A stretch of 63,845 bases of DNA, from NCBI GenBank assembly GCA_964461205.1, contig CAYWUL010000004.1, forward strand, positions 1-63,845, given 5' to 3'. The notes below the pieces were generated by a model. The model saw only the letters and a list, made by a program, of their open reading frames with translations, did not search any database and was not told where the DNA came from. Made by a program: the position numbers and the translations under genes. The first letter of the stretch is position 1, and every line of letters begins with the position of its first letter. This document shows positions 46,770-57,500 of this stretch, piece by piece. The stretch is from an uncultured archaeon (GTDB taxonomy: Archaea > Iainarchaeota > Iainarchaeia > Iainarchaeales > JAAZKV01).

Positions 46770-46865
46770 AGAAATTAAACTAGTTAACTAACCTAATTAA
46801 TAAAAAGGCCCAAAATTTCTACGTCGTCAAAATATTGGTATTTGTTTAATTTATTTATTTTTAAA

Positions 46866-47693
46866 CTAGTTTAATATTTTTAGATAAGAATTAGAATCAA
46901 TCCTATTATCAGAATGACTCAAAATAGAATTAATTTTTACTGGCAAGAAATTTGCATCAAAAGAATAAGTAAGATTTATGTCATAATAAGTTATTTTTGT
47001 TGAGTTAGTATCAATCTTGAAAGAATTTGCTGTGCCAGTATCCCCAAGAGTTATTGTCGTATTAGAATCAGAATACAATAATACCAAGGTAGATGTATTA
47101 GAAGGATCAATTAAATCACTTATTGTGAAAGAATTTACATCGTCTTCATAACGAATTACGACCGGAGCAATTCCAGCAGTTCTTGTCCAAGTGTAAGAAG
47201 AAAGAGAACCATTATAATCCAAATTCAAATCAACACTTGAAAGAGTTATCCCATTAGAAGTTAAGGACACAAAAGGAGAATCATAATTGTGTGTAAAAGA
47301 AAAATTATCATCAAAAAATACTTCTAGTGAGCCATCATTAATATTTGTTAAATCAATTGTTTGTGTTCCTTTTATTCTAGCAAAAAAAGTATTATTTAAA
47401 AAAGAAGCATAATTTGTAAGAGCATTTGAAACAGAATATTGTTTTGGAAGAGAATCATTAATTATTATTTCTATTTTGTTTGCCTCATACCCTATTTTAA
47501 TATCTAAATCAAAAATTCTTTCTATATCAAAAGAAAGATCATCATTCAAAAAAGGTTCTGATGAAGTAGAGTAACTTCGTAGTATCATTGTTTCTCTTCC
47601 AATATTCTCATTCAAATAGTTTTGAGAAAAGAATAACAAAGTTGAAGCAAATAATACGACAGAAATCGTGAAAAGAAAACCTTTCTTATTCAT
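46866..47693 (-). CDS. minor pilin-like protein
   Basis: The N-terminus is MNKKGFLFTISVVLFASTLLFF. It is the last gene of the minus-strand pilin-like operon and overlaps the upstream gene by 4 nt. Confidence 0.5.
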   Translation of the reverse strand: MNKKGFLFTISVVLFASTLLFFSQNYLNENIGRETMILRSYSTSSEPFLNDDLSFDIERIFDLDIKIGYEANKIEIIINDSLPKQYSVSNALTNYASFLNNTFFARIKGTQTIDLTNINDGSLEVFFDDNFSFTHNYDSPFVSLTSNGITLSSVDLNLDYNGSLSSYTWTRTAGIAPVVIRYEDDVNSFTISDLIDPSNTSTLVLLYSDSNTTITLGDTGTANSFKIDTNSTKITYYDINLTYSFDANFLPVKINSILSHSDNRIDSNSYLKILN

Positions 47694-48175
47694 TTATACC
47701 ACGCCTCCATTTTTGCAACATAAAAAGAAACATTTGAATCATTAACAATAATAGTTCTTTCAACAGAAACTAATTCAGAAAAACTCTTTGTACAATCCGC
47801 TTTTAGTGCACCCAAAATAGGAGTATTTAAATCAGTAGAAGAATAAATCCTTGCTTCAAAACAAATTGATTGTAATGACTCGTTAATATTTTGTTGTATT
47901 AGTTCAGAAGATTGCTGTTTTATTGCATTTTCAAAAACCAAATTCTTTTCTAACACAGTAGAAAGATCTCTTGCAGAATTAATCAAGTCAATATTATTCC
48001 AAGAATCAATATTTACTTGTGCAACATAGGACAAAGAAACCAATATTAGAAAAGCAAGAACTGTTAAACCAATAAATGCATCTGAAGAAATAATAAATCC
48101 CCTGTTTTTTGGAAACCTATTACTTTTTTGGAGCCCCTCTTCATCAAAAAACCCTTTATTTTTCAAGTCCAACAA
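47690..48175 (-). CDS. minor pilin-like protein
   Basis: It has KNRG|FIISSDAFIGLTVLAFLILVSL after a long n-region. It overlaps the upstream gene by 20 nt. Confidence 0.5.
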   Translation of the reverse strand: MLDLKNKGFFDEEGLQKSNRFPKNRGFIISSDAFIGLTVLAFLILVSLSYVAQVNIDSWNNIDLINSARDLSTVLEKNLVFENAIKQQSSELIQQNINESLQSICFEARIYSSTDLNTPILGALKADCTKSFSELVSVERTIIVNDSNVSFYVAKMEAWYK

Positions 48176-48656
48176 CCCCTCTTAATACAGCTATTTGTTC
48201 ATTGAACAAAACTGTTCTTTCATAAATAATTTCTAACTTAGTATTGTTTGAATCTAAATAAGAAGTATAAAGAACACTGCCATTTAAATCAAGCAATTGT
48301 AATTTGAAATCATATCTTCCAAAACCAAGTTTTGATTTTGTTTGAGAATAACTATTATTTAAATCTGTAATTAATGCAACTAATTTTTCTTGACTAATAA
48401 CATTCCTATTTAAAGCTAAACCAAAAAGATTTGTGTCTGCTAAACTCTTTTCTTCCCAATTAAATGGTACACCGGGAGAATAAACTAAAATATTCATTGT
48501 TGAGTGCGAGACTTCATCGGCATCTTTTTTTATTTCAAAAAAATCTATTTGAGAAAAAACCGAGTTAGAAGAATAGAAAAAAAATCCTAAAATTACTAGG
48601 AAAATTGATATTGCTATTAACAAATCTGGAGAAAAAAATTGTCCTTTATTATTCAT
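48156..48656 (-). CDS. minor pilin-like protein
   Basis: The N-terminus is MNNKGQFFSPDLLIAISIFLVILGFFF. Confidence 0.55.
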   Translation of the reverse strand: MNNKGQFFSPDLLIAISIFLVILGFFFYSSNSVFSQIDFFEIKKDADEVSHSTMNILVYSPGVPFNWEEKSLADTNLFGLALNRNVISQEKLVALITDLNNSYSQTKSKLGFGRYDFKLQLLDLNGSVLYTSYLDSNNTKLEIIYERTVLFNEQIAVLRGVVGLEK

Positions 48657-48677
48657 GACTTACAACAACTCCCAACA

Positions 48678-49073
48678 TTATTCATAACTTACAACAACTC
48701 CATTATTTTGTTTTCTAAAATATATTCCACCATTAACATCAGTAATATTCCAAGTTACTTCTGCCAATAATGGAGCAGTTACTGCTTGACCATTAGAATA
48801 AACAACTCTCACAACACTCGGACCAATTTCAATGCTTTGGCCAATAGCATTCCAATAAATATTATCAAAATAATAAGAATTATCATCCATCAAAAAAACA
48901 TTATTAACATTTCTAGAAATCATGTTTGCTACTTCTTGTGCCCTCCATTGTTGAAAAGCAGTTTGGTTTAATGAAGTTCTATTTTGAAACAAAAACATTC
49001 CAAAACCAAATATTGCTAGCACCAAAATAATTGTAATAATAAACTCCATTGAAACTTGCGCTTTTTTATTCAT
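48678..49073 (-). CDS. pilin-like protein (class III signal peptide, Q+1 type)
   Basis: The N-terminus is MNKKAQVSMEFIITIILVLAIFGFGMF, with the QxSxEF signature. Confidence 0.65.
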   Translation of the reverse strand: MNKKAQVSMEFIITIILVLAIFGFGMFLFQNRTSLNQTAFQQWRAQEVANMISRNVNNVFLMDDNSYYFDNIYWNAIGQSIEIGPSVVRVVYSNGQAVTAPLLAEVTWNITDVNGGIYFRKQNNGVVVSYE

Positions 49074-49135
49074 TCTTTTCCACTTCTAAAATACAATACT
49101 AAAGCATTACTACTATATAAGAAATTCTTGTTCCA

Positions 49136-52100
49136 CTAATTTCCTTCTCTTATAATAAATGCATGAGTTCCTGAAGCAGGAGAATACAATGTATCGGTTG
49201 TGCTGTCATACTGCTGAGTAACAAAACCAATCTTGTCGCCCGCATTCAATTCAAATCTTCCATATGTAGCAGAACTTGGATGTAGTGTTGCCCCACCAAC
49301 AACTATTCTTTGGTTTCTTGTTTCAACGTTTACCCCATCAACATTTTTGTCAATCCTTGACTGAATCCACTTGTTAACACTAATATTGAGATATCTTTGC
49401 ACAACATAAATCAAATAATTTCCATCTACTGGAGCAGTATATGAATAATCTGTTGTATCCCAAGCATCATGAGTATCAAAATCAACAACATCAAATGGAA
49501 TAGTTGTATTGGTTGCAAATTTAATTGATTGATCAGCAGACATGTGTACTCTTGCGGCAACAACCGGGCTCTCTAAAACTTTTCTTACTGACAGGAAGAC
49601 AGTCGCACTACCGGTGCTAAGATTAAGTGCACTAGTATTATTGTGGTACACCTTACTCAGTATTTTATCCTCGGCAGAAAAATAACTCAAATCAACCACT
49701 GTTTGTGTAGGCCAAGTTGTCCCGCCCAGACTGTTTTCTTTAAATGCCAAACCAGTCTCAACACCGTCAGTACTTTTATATAAAGCAATATATTGTCTTT
49801 TGCCGTCTGGCAAATCCTGCAATTGTATTCCTGCATTAGTAATATAATAACCCTCTTCAGGAACAACATACCAATTATTATCTAAATCAAAGTCTCCTTG
49901 TGGATCAAATGATTCTGTATCAAACGCACACTGAGTCCATGTTGAAGCAGGTATTGAAAGAGTTGATGTCGCATAGGCAGATGCTCCAACAAAAGTTCCT
50001 TCACTTAATTGTCTTATTGACATATAAGTCCAATTACTTAAACCAAGGACATACCTACTAGAATCAGTTGTTTGAACTTTTACATAAACTGTGTCTCCAG
50101 CATTTAAATCATAAATATTACTAGCAAACTCTGCACGATATGACCCTGCATCAAGATACGTGTAACCTCGTGCAATCATTGTTTCTGTTGAACCATCATA
50201 CTTGTATAAGCGAACATCCCAATTCTTATTAGTTGTTAAGTTATTGACTGTTGCTTGTAAAAAAATTTCATACTTTCCTGTTGTAGGAACAACAAACTCA
50301 TTATTCTCTGTATCAAAAGCATCCATTGAATCTTTGCGCACATAATCAAATGCCACTTTTGTAAGAGTGCTTGCAGTAAGATATTGATCTGTTGTAAGAC
50401 CAACAATTGTTACTAAAGGCGAAATTGCTGGAATTTCTGGTTCTTCAGGACACACACCAGTAACAGAATAAGTTGCATTAACATCCCTTAGAAAAGCACC
50501 AACATTGAAAAATCCTGCATTCCGGTCTGAAAAATCAGTATTTTGTTTGAACAAAATATCATAACCTAAATACTGAGAACTTGATAATGAAGAGATAGAA
50601 TAATCAGTGTTATTATTTATACCTGAAATATAATACTCAGATGTTTTTGTATTACAATTCTCATCACTACAAGAATAAACATTCAAATCCAAACGAGAAA
50701 CACCTTTCCTGTACAAATCAAGAATTTCTTCAGAAGATAATGCTCTTTCCCAAACTACGACTTCTTCAATTGCACCATCAAAATAATTTTGTATTACCCC
50801 CCTAACATTTCTAGCACCAATCGCAAAAGGATAACCACTCATATTCAATTGAGTAATGTCTCCAACAGTTCTACCAGTATCCCTTACTCCATTAATATAA
50901 ATATTCAAATCATCATTGTCTCCATTGTACAAGTATATTACTTGACTCCATTCACTAAGCGGAACAGTATTAAGTGAACATAGATTGTAAGTTGTACTAT
51001 TATTGCTTGCCCTTACTTGAACTTCTATTTCTAAAGGATCACATTGTCCATCTCCCAGCATTAATTCTACAATTGGATCATAAGTTCCTTTTTCTGGAAC
51101 AGTACTTACTATTCCATTATACCCCCCAACAGCATAACTTGCTGGTTTTATCCAAGCCATTATAGTCATACTTTGGTTTAAAGCAAAATCATCATCATAA
51201 CCTGTTTCAATATAATCATTCGAACCATCAAAATCATAACAATTTGTTCCCCACAAACAAGAAACATTTTCATCATTATCAAAATTTTGTGAAGACCCAT
51301 CATACCCATTCCCACTCGAATCTTCAAAATCTGTTACATCATCTTCAGCATTCAAATGCCACAACCCAACCAAACCATTATTGAATTGATCAGTATTACA
51401 AGTATCAACATTTCCACAAATCTCTTTACCAAAAGAATAATTAACATCATTATTCACTTTAATCGAATTCCAATCTGCACTCACATTATTAGAATCAACA
51501 ATAGAATCGGGAGAAGAAACAAACTTTGCTTCTAAAAAAGAATTATAATCTGCTTCTACCTCATCAGCAGTTAATGCCCTATCATAAATTTTTACTTCAT
51601 CAATTTCTCCTTCAAAATATTTGGTTTTCCAACGCCCTATGTTAAGATCGCTTGCACTAATATCTTCTGACAAAATAATTGCAACATGAACCCATTCATC
51701 TGAAGGGATTGGTTCTAATATTTCTCGAAATTGATACAAGTCAAAGTAACCATACTTAGCACTAGAGTCACTAGCATAAACTTGTATTGAAACCCGATAA
51801 GGATTACTAGAATCAGTATAACAAACACTTTGTATTTCTGTCCACGCAGTAGAATTACTTGTAATATACCCTGATGTTCCCCAATCCCCTGTGTCTTGAC
51901 AAAAAATTCTCAACTCAGTGGCATTCGCATTTTTTATCCAAGAGCTAATATAATATTTTTTATTAGCAGTAATAGAAATGTCTTGATATCCTTGGCCCCA
52001 TGTTGCACTTGTATCCTTAGTAAACTTGTTTGAATAACTACCATAATAAACTTCACTACTTTCTTGGGCTGAATCACCCTTATTATCAATCCAGCTAGTA

Positions 52101-54415
52101 GCATCACCGCCACTCCAATTTTCAAAATCAGTATTACCCATAAGGTGATTTCCTAAAAAACTAACAACTGTTCCATTAACATATGTAGTTGCATTAATAC
52201 CTTGCGTGTTTTGTACAAACCCACTATTCAAAATATAATCTGTGTTATTAAGGGACATTAAAGTATTGTCAGAAGAATCTGCTTTTACCCAATAAGAAAT
52301 ACTCCTAATATTTCCAACATCTCCCAAAGCAACATAATCACTATCCCCATCCAAACTTAAAGCATTTGAATCCCACATCCCTTTTGCAGAAATATTTGCG
52401 GTTCCAACAAGAGTTCCATCATACCCCCTTGCAGAATCATAAATTCCTATGTCACCATTTGTATCATTAAACTTATAATACGCAACAAGATTTTCATCCA
52501 ACCAGTCTTGTTTTTTAGATTCATATAAATCAAAAACTTCCGCACTGCTCAAAACTCTATTCCATATTCCAACTTCTTCTATAATCCCATCATATAAATA
52601 ATCGGGAGTTGTTGAAGCATGATAAGCCCCGCCAATAGTAACGGGAGAGACTTTATCAGGAATTTGTGTTGGAACTGTTCCATTTGATGTATATGTTGTA
52701 GCTACTTCCTCTCCATCAATATAAATATGAAAAGATTCATCTGCATCCCAAGTACCAGTAATTAAAGCCCATCGATTTAGCGGAATTGCTGAGTTAGTTT
52801 TTACTCTTTCCCAATAAGAATTATTCGATTGATTATAAATAAGAAAATCCAAAACATTGCTTGTAGAAACTCGGAGTAAAAAGCCTCTGTTTGAATCAGT
52901 TACTTCATAACCTCCAATTATTACCCCTGAATTGGGGTCACTTAATCCATCTGTGTAAACCCAAACACTCAAAGTTAGTTCTGTTGATCCACCTATTTCT
53001 TCAATGTTTCCAAAATTCACATAATCGTTTAAACCATCAAAAGTATAACTATTTGTATTCCATAATCCAGTTATCCCTTGTGTAGCACTCGTAACCGTTC
53101 CATCATAACCATTGCCTGAACTATCAATAGCATCTCCGCTAGATTCGTTTAAATGCCACAAAACTACTAAATTAGAATCAAACAAATAGTTTGTAGAATC
53201 CATCTCTCCAATCTCTCTTGAATTTTGATTCCAATCCAACTCACCAGTAGCAGTCCAAGAATTCGCATTAGTTATACTAGCAGAAGAAGAAATTTGTCGA
53301 ACAAAACCATTATAATCAAAAAAATGATTCAAATCAGAATTAGTGATAGAAAAGAATGTTGGATAGGAATAAGTGCATAAATTTTCGTCAGATGTTTCTG
53401 TTGCAGTAAATAATAAGTTAATGTCTGCTGTTGCTGTTAAACCACCAGCAAAAACATTTAATGTTCCAATATAATTTCCATTAGTGTCAGAAGCATTAAT
53501 GTCAAGAGATAATTGTTTACAAGAACTAGCAGGAATTGCTCCTGAAAAATTTGTGAAAGCATAAGAATTAATTGTTGATGATGTTGAGGAAGAAGAAGAC
53601 GCAAAATTTGTTCGCGTATTATTACACACTAAGAAAGTTGATGTTCCAGATTCACTAACTGCAAGAGAAATGTTTTTAGAAGAAGGATTTATTACTAAAT
53701 TACTTTGACCCTTACCACAAGTAATTGTTGCAGGAAGAGAAACATTTACATCACCTTCAAAAGTAACTGTTCCACTATAAGAACCAGTTGCACTAGAAGC
53801 ACAAGAAGCAATAAAAGGAATTGTTTCTTGTTCTCCATCAGTAAATTCTATTGTTGTATCTTGACTTGTAGATGTAAGAGTTGCTAGTGTATGAGAAAAA
53901 GAAATTCTTAAAGAATAATTTTTTGTTGTTGTTGCAATATTTGTTGCTTTCAAATTTATTTGTAAAGAAGAACCCTGGTTTACAGTTGGATTAATTGTTA
54001 CTGGGTCAAAAGAAAGTAAGTCGGAAGAAATAGAAACAAAGTCACCGTGAGAAGTAAGAGTAAAAACAATTGTCCCATCACTATTAGGCCATAACCCTCT
54101 AACAGTAGCATTTGTTGTTGCAACAAAATCAGTGTTGTAAATATTTAAGACGAGTGATTGATCTTGAATATAAGATTTTGTATAATCAATTCCTCTCGGC
54201 ATTGTTACAATAACTTCTTTTGTAGAACCAATACCTAAAAAATAAACATCATTTATTTCTTTTTTCAATGTTTCTAAAGCAAGAGAACCAATTTTGTGTT
54301 GTTGTTGAATGTTTTGGGTCTCCATTTGGTTCCAAACAATCGCCACAAAAGAAATCAGAATAAACATTGCTGTCGCGAAAATAATAATTGTTTCTATCGA
54401 TGCTTGCCCTCTCAT
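49136..54415 (-). CDS. giant pilin-like adhesin: class III signal peptide, Ig-like repeats, 3 LamG-type lectin modules, CBM-like module, 3 C1q/TNF-like repeats
   Basis: 1759 aa. The N-terminus is MRGQASIETIIIFATAMFILISF. LamG-type signatures (L-V-x-L/Y-W/Y-H/K-L/F-N...D-S-S/A-G-N/R-G-Y/F-D-G...F-D-G-x-N/S-D-Y-V...W-V/I-K) occur three times. GNTDFENWSGGDATSW is CBM-like. The C-terminal ~430 aa are three ~140-aa repeats. Confidence 0.8.
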   Translation of the reverse strand: MRGQASIETIIIFATAMFILISFVAIVWNQMETQNIQQQHKIGSLALETLKKEINDVYFLGIGSTKEVIVTMPRGIDYTKSYIQDQSLVLNIYNTDFVATTNATVRGLWPNSDGTIVFTLTSHGDFVSISSDLLSFDPVTINPTVNQGSSLQINLKATNIATTTKNYSLRISFSHTLATLTSTSQDTTIEFTDGEQETIPFIASCASSATGSYSGTVTFEGDVNVSLPATITCGKGQSNLVINPSSKNISLAVSESGTSTFLVCNNTRTNFASSSSSTSSTINSYAFTNFSGAIPASSCKQLSLDINASDTNGNYIGTLNVFAGGLTATADINLLFTATETSDENLCTYSYPTFFSITNSDLNHFFDYNGFVRQISSSASITNANSWTATGELDWNQNSREIGEMDSTNYLFDSNLVVLWHLNESSGDAIDSSGNGYDGTVTSATQGITGLWNTNSYTFDGLNDYVNFGNIEEIGGSTELTLSVWVYTDGLSDPNSGVIIGGYEVTDSNRGFLLRVSTSNVLDFLIYNQSNNSYWERVKTNSAIPLNRWALITGTWDADESFHIYIDGEEVATTYTSNGTVPTQIPDKVSPVTIGGAYHASTTPDYLYDGIIEEVGIWNRVLSSAEVFDLYESKKQDWLDENLVAYYKFNDTNGDIGIYDSARGYDGTLVGTANISAKGMWDSNALSLDGDSDYVALGDVGNIRSISYWVKADSSDNTLMSLNNTDYILNSGFVQNTQGINATTYVNGTVVSFLGNHLMGNTDFENWSGGDATSWIDNKGDSAQESSEVYYGSYSNKFTKDTSATWGQGYQDISITANKKYYISSWIKNANATELRIFCQDTGDWGTSGYITSNSTAWTEIQSVCYTDSSNPYRVSIQVYASDSSAKYGYFDLYQFREILEPIPSDEWVHVAIILSEDISASDLNIGRWKTKYFEGEIDEVKIYDRALTADEVEADYNSFLEAKFVSSPDSIVDSNNVSADWNSIKVNNDVNYSFGKEICGNVDTCNTDQFNNGLVGLWHLNAEDDVTDFEDSSGNGYDGSSQNFDNDENVSCLWGTNCYDFDGSNDYIETGYDDDFALNQSMTIMAWIKPASYAVGGYNGIVSTVPEKGTYDPIVELMLGDGQCDPLEIEVQVRASNNSTTYNLCSLNTVPLSEWSQVIYLYNGDNDDLNIYINGVRDTGRTVGDITQLNMSGYPFAIGARNVRGVIQNYFDGAIEEVVVWERALSSEEILDLYRKGVSRLDLNVYSCSDENCNTKTSEYYISGINNNTDYSISSLSSSQYLGYDILFKQNTDFSDRNAGFFNVGAFLRDVNATYSVTGVCPEEPEIPAISPLVTIVGLTTDQYLTASTLTKVAFDYVRKDSMDAFDTENNEFVVPTTGKYEIFLQATVNNLTTNKNWDVRLYKYDGSTETMIARGYTYLDAGSYRAEFASNIYDLNAGDTVYVKVQTTDSSRYVLGLSNWTYMSIRQLSEGTFVGASAYATSTLSIPASTWTQCAFDTESFDPQGDFDLDNNWYVVPEEGYYITNAGIQLQDLPDGKRQYIALYKSTDGVETGLAFKENSLGGTTWPTQTVVDLSYFSAEDKILSKVYHNNTSALNLSTGSATVFLSVRKVLESPVVAARVHMSADQSIKFATNTTIPFDVVDFDTHDAWDTTDYSYTAPVDGNYLIYVVQRYLNISVNKWIQSRIDKNVDGVNVETRNQRIVVGGATLHPSSATYGRFELNAGDKIGFVTQQYDSTTDTLYSPASGTHAFIIREGN
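53253..53342. repeat. 90-nt segment 88/90 identical to 56967-57056 (inside the two giant genes)
   Basis: Compared by eye, with two mismatches. It encodes NSDLNHFFDYNGFVRQI(S/F)SSASITNANSW. Confidence 0.85.
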
Positions 54416-54538
54416 ATCAACACCATCTTACCCAGTCATAATAAAGAATTTTGTAGTATAAAATCATTTCTTAATCAAAGAAAACAACAAAAAAAAGACT
54501 TGCCAAACAAAAACAACAGACACAAAGAAAACTATTTA

Positions 54539-57500
54539 TTATTCAGTATAATAAACAACATTTACATCCCTTAACAAAGAACCAACATTAAAAAACCCAG
54601 CATTATAATCACTAAAATCAGAATTTTGTTTGAAGAAAAAATCATAACCCAAATAACGAGAATTAACCAAATCAGAATTCAAATCCATCCAAGAATTATT
54701 ATTAGTGTCAGAAATATACTGCGAAGACGTCTTAATCACACAACTAGCATCACCACAAGAATAAACATTCAAATCTAAACTAGAAACACCCTTTCGATAT
54801 AAATCAAGAATCTCTTCTGTAGACAAAGCACGATCCCAAATAGCAACTTCATCTATTCTGCCGCTTCCACCAGAATAAGAAGTCCCACGATACCCATGCA
54901 AAGTTAATGCAGTTGCATTATCCCAAGAAGTAGTTGAATTGTCTGTTCCCGAATCCAACAACAACCCATTAAAGTATACTTTCATTGAACCACTTGCCTC
55001 ACGAGTTATAACTATGTGGTTCCAACTCAAAGCATAATTAACTCCAGTTGAAGTATAATTATACCATCCTTCAGTTTGACAGCCACAATAAATTTGTAAA
55101 TCCCCATCTGCTTGGAGCAAAACATAATTTGCTAAATCATTACCAGTTCCACACCCATCATTAGTACTTTTATCAAAAATAAATTGAACACTTCCAAAAT
55201 CGACATTAAACCAAGCACTTACTGAATAATCCCCAGTCTTTTTTATAGGAGACAAATCTCCAAAATTAATATAGTCATTAGTCCCATCAAAATCAAACGC
55301 ATTTGTCCCCCATAATCCTGAAACATTTTCATCATTATCAAAATTTTGTGGAGAACCCCCATTATCATTCCCACTATAATCTTTGAATGCATTATCAGCA
55401 TCTCCCGCATTCAAATGCCACAACCCAACTAAATTATTATCCATAAATTTATCTCTACCTAATCTGTAAAGATCTGTTATTTCTTGAGGAGTTAATCCCC
55501 TATCCCACACTGCAACTTCATCAATTTTTCCAGTAACATAATTTGTTACATTTCCAGTTCTACCAATTGCAGGATATTCTGTATCCGCATCTATTGAACC
55601 ACTCACGCCAGTCTGCTCAGCAACTTTTATTGCATCAACATATAACTCAACAGCACTACCATTATACGTTCCACAAATATGGTGCCATAAACCATCAGCA
55701 TCAATTGACTCTGTGCTTTGAGCAATTTTTGCAGAACCCCCAATAAAAATTAAAAATGCTGGAGCAGAAGGAGTAACAGCCCTATTCAAATAAAGATCAA
55801 AATTTCTATTTGTCCCATCATCACTAGTAAATAATCCTTGAGAAGTTACGCTACTATCGGAATTCACCCAAGTACAAACACTCATTTGTGCTAAACCAGT
55901 TAATGCACTTTGTCCTGTTGCACCAGTATCAAGCCAATCATTTGTAGCTAGATCAACACAATTTGTTCCCCACAAACAAGAAACATTCTCATCATCATCA
56001 AAACCATTTGGAGTTAATGTTAAACCATTCCCACTCGCATCTTCATATGCTGTATTTTCACCCATATTCAAATGCCATAATGCAATTAAATTCTCATCAA
56101 ACAAATAATGTGCACTTGTTAATTCTCCAGTACCATAACCAATTTCTGAGTTAAAATTATAATTCAAATCACTATTAACTTTTATTTGATTCCAATCCGC
56201 TGTTGCAGTAGCATCAACAATTGATTCAGGAGAAGAAACAAACTTTGCATTCAAAAAAGAATTATAATCTGCAATAACTTCTTTTGTTGTTAGTATTCTG
56301 TTATAAAATTTTACTTCATCTATTTCTCCTTTAAAATACCACCCACTATATTGTTGTCTTCCAATATATGTTCGTGTGTTATCCGTTGAAGTTATTGAAC
56401 CATAAGTTGCAACTGAAGAAAATGTCTTACTGAATCCATCAACAGTAAATGTTGCATCATCTCCAGAACCATCCCAACTTACAACCACATGGTGCCATTG
56501 CCCATCATTAACAATAAAACCACTATCAATTCTTTCGTTATCTGCATCCCCTGCATCCCCAACATACAACGCCACTTCCCCTGTACTTCGCACTCTTATA
56601 TAATATCCATTTGCACTCGCATCAATATATGACCAAGTGGGTTGGTCAGTAGCAGAACTTGTTTTAATCCAATGACTTACTGTAAAATCTCCCGTTCCAA
56701 CATCAAAAACAGTTGTATTGGGCAAATCAACATAATCGTTTATTCCATCTAAAATTAATGCATTAGAATCCCACATCCCTTTCAAATTGTTTTCATCAAT
56801 ATCCGCACCATTTACCAACGCGCCATCAAACCCTCTTGCAGAATCATATACCCCTGTTCCATCAGAATTAGTATCATTAAACTTATAATACGCAACAAGA
56901 TTCTGGTCACGCCAAGCATTATTATCTAACACAGCATTCCTATTCCAATCTAATTCTCCTGTTGGAGTCCAAGAATTCGCATTAGTTATACTAGCAGAAG
57001 AAAAAATTTGCCGAACAAAACCATTATAATCAAAAAAATGATTCAAATCAGAATTATCAATAGAAAAATAAGTTGAGCCAGGAACAGTGTATCCACCCGC
57101 GGGAGGTTCTGATTCAACAGAATTTGTAACTCTAATAAAAGAAGTATAATTATCATCTCCAGAAATTGCCGTAAGGTTTGCATCATAAATTGCAGAAGAA
57201 AGAGTTGGAATAACAATATTCATATCAAAGTTAGAACAAGAATTTGCATTAACATCAGTAATTAAAGGAAGAGTAAACCACGAAGCAGCATTAGCATCAA
57301 CATTACCATCTTTTCCCCAAGTAATATTTTCGATTAAAGAAACTGTTTTGTTACAAATAGAATAACTCTTTGTATAAGTTTCATCACCAAGAGAAGAAAT
57401 ACTTGTTAAGCGAGGATAAATTACTAGGTTACTAAATTCTGAAGCAACTTCAACAGAAACAGAAATTGTTTTTGTAATTGTTTCCCCACTAATAACAGAA

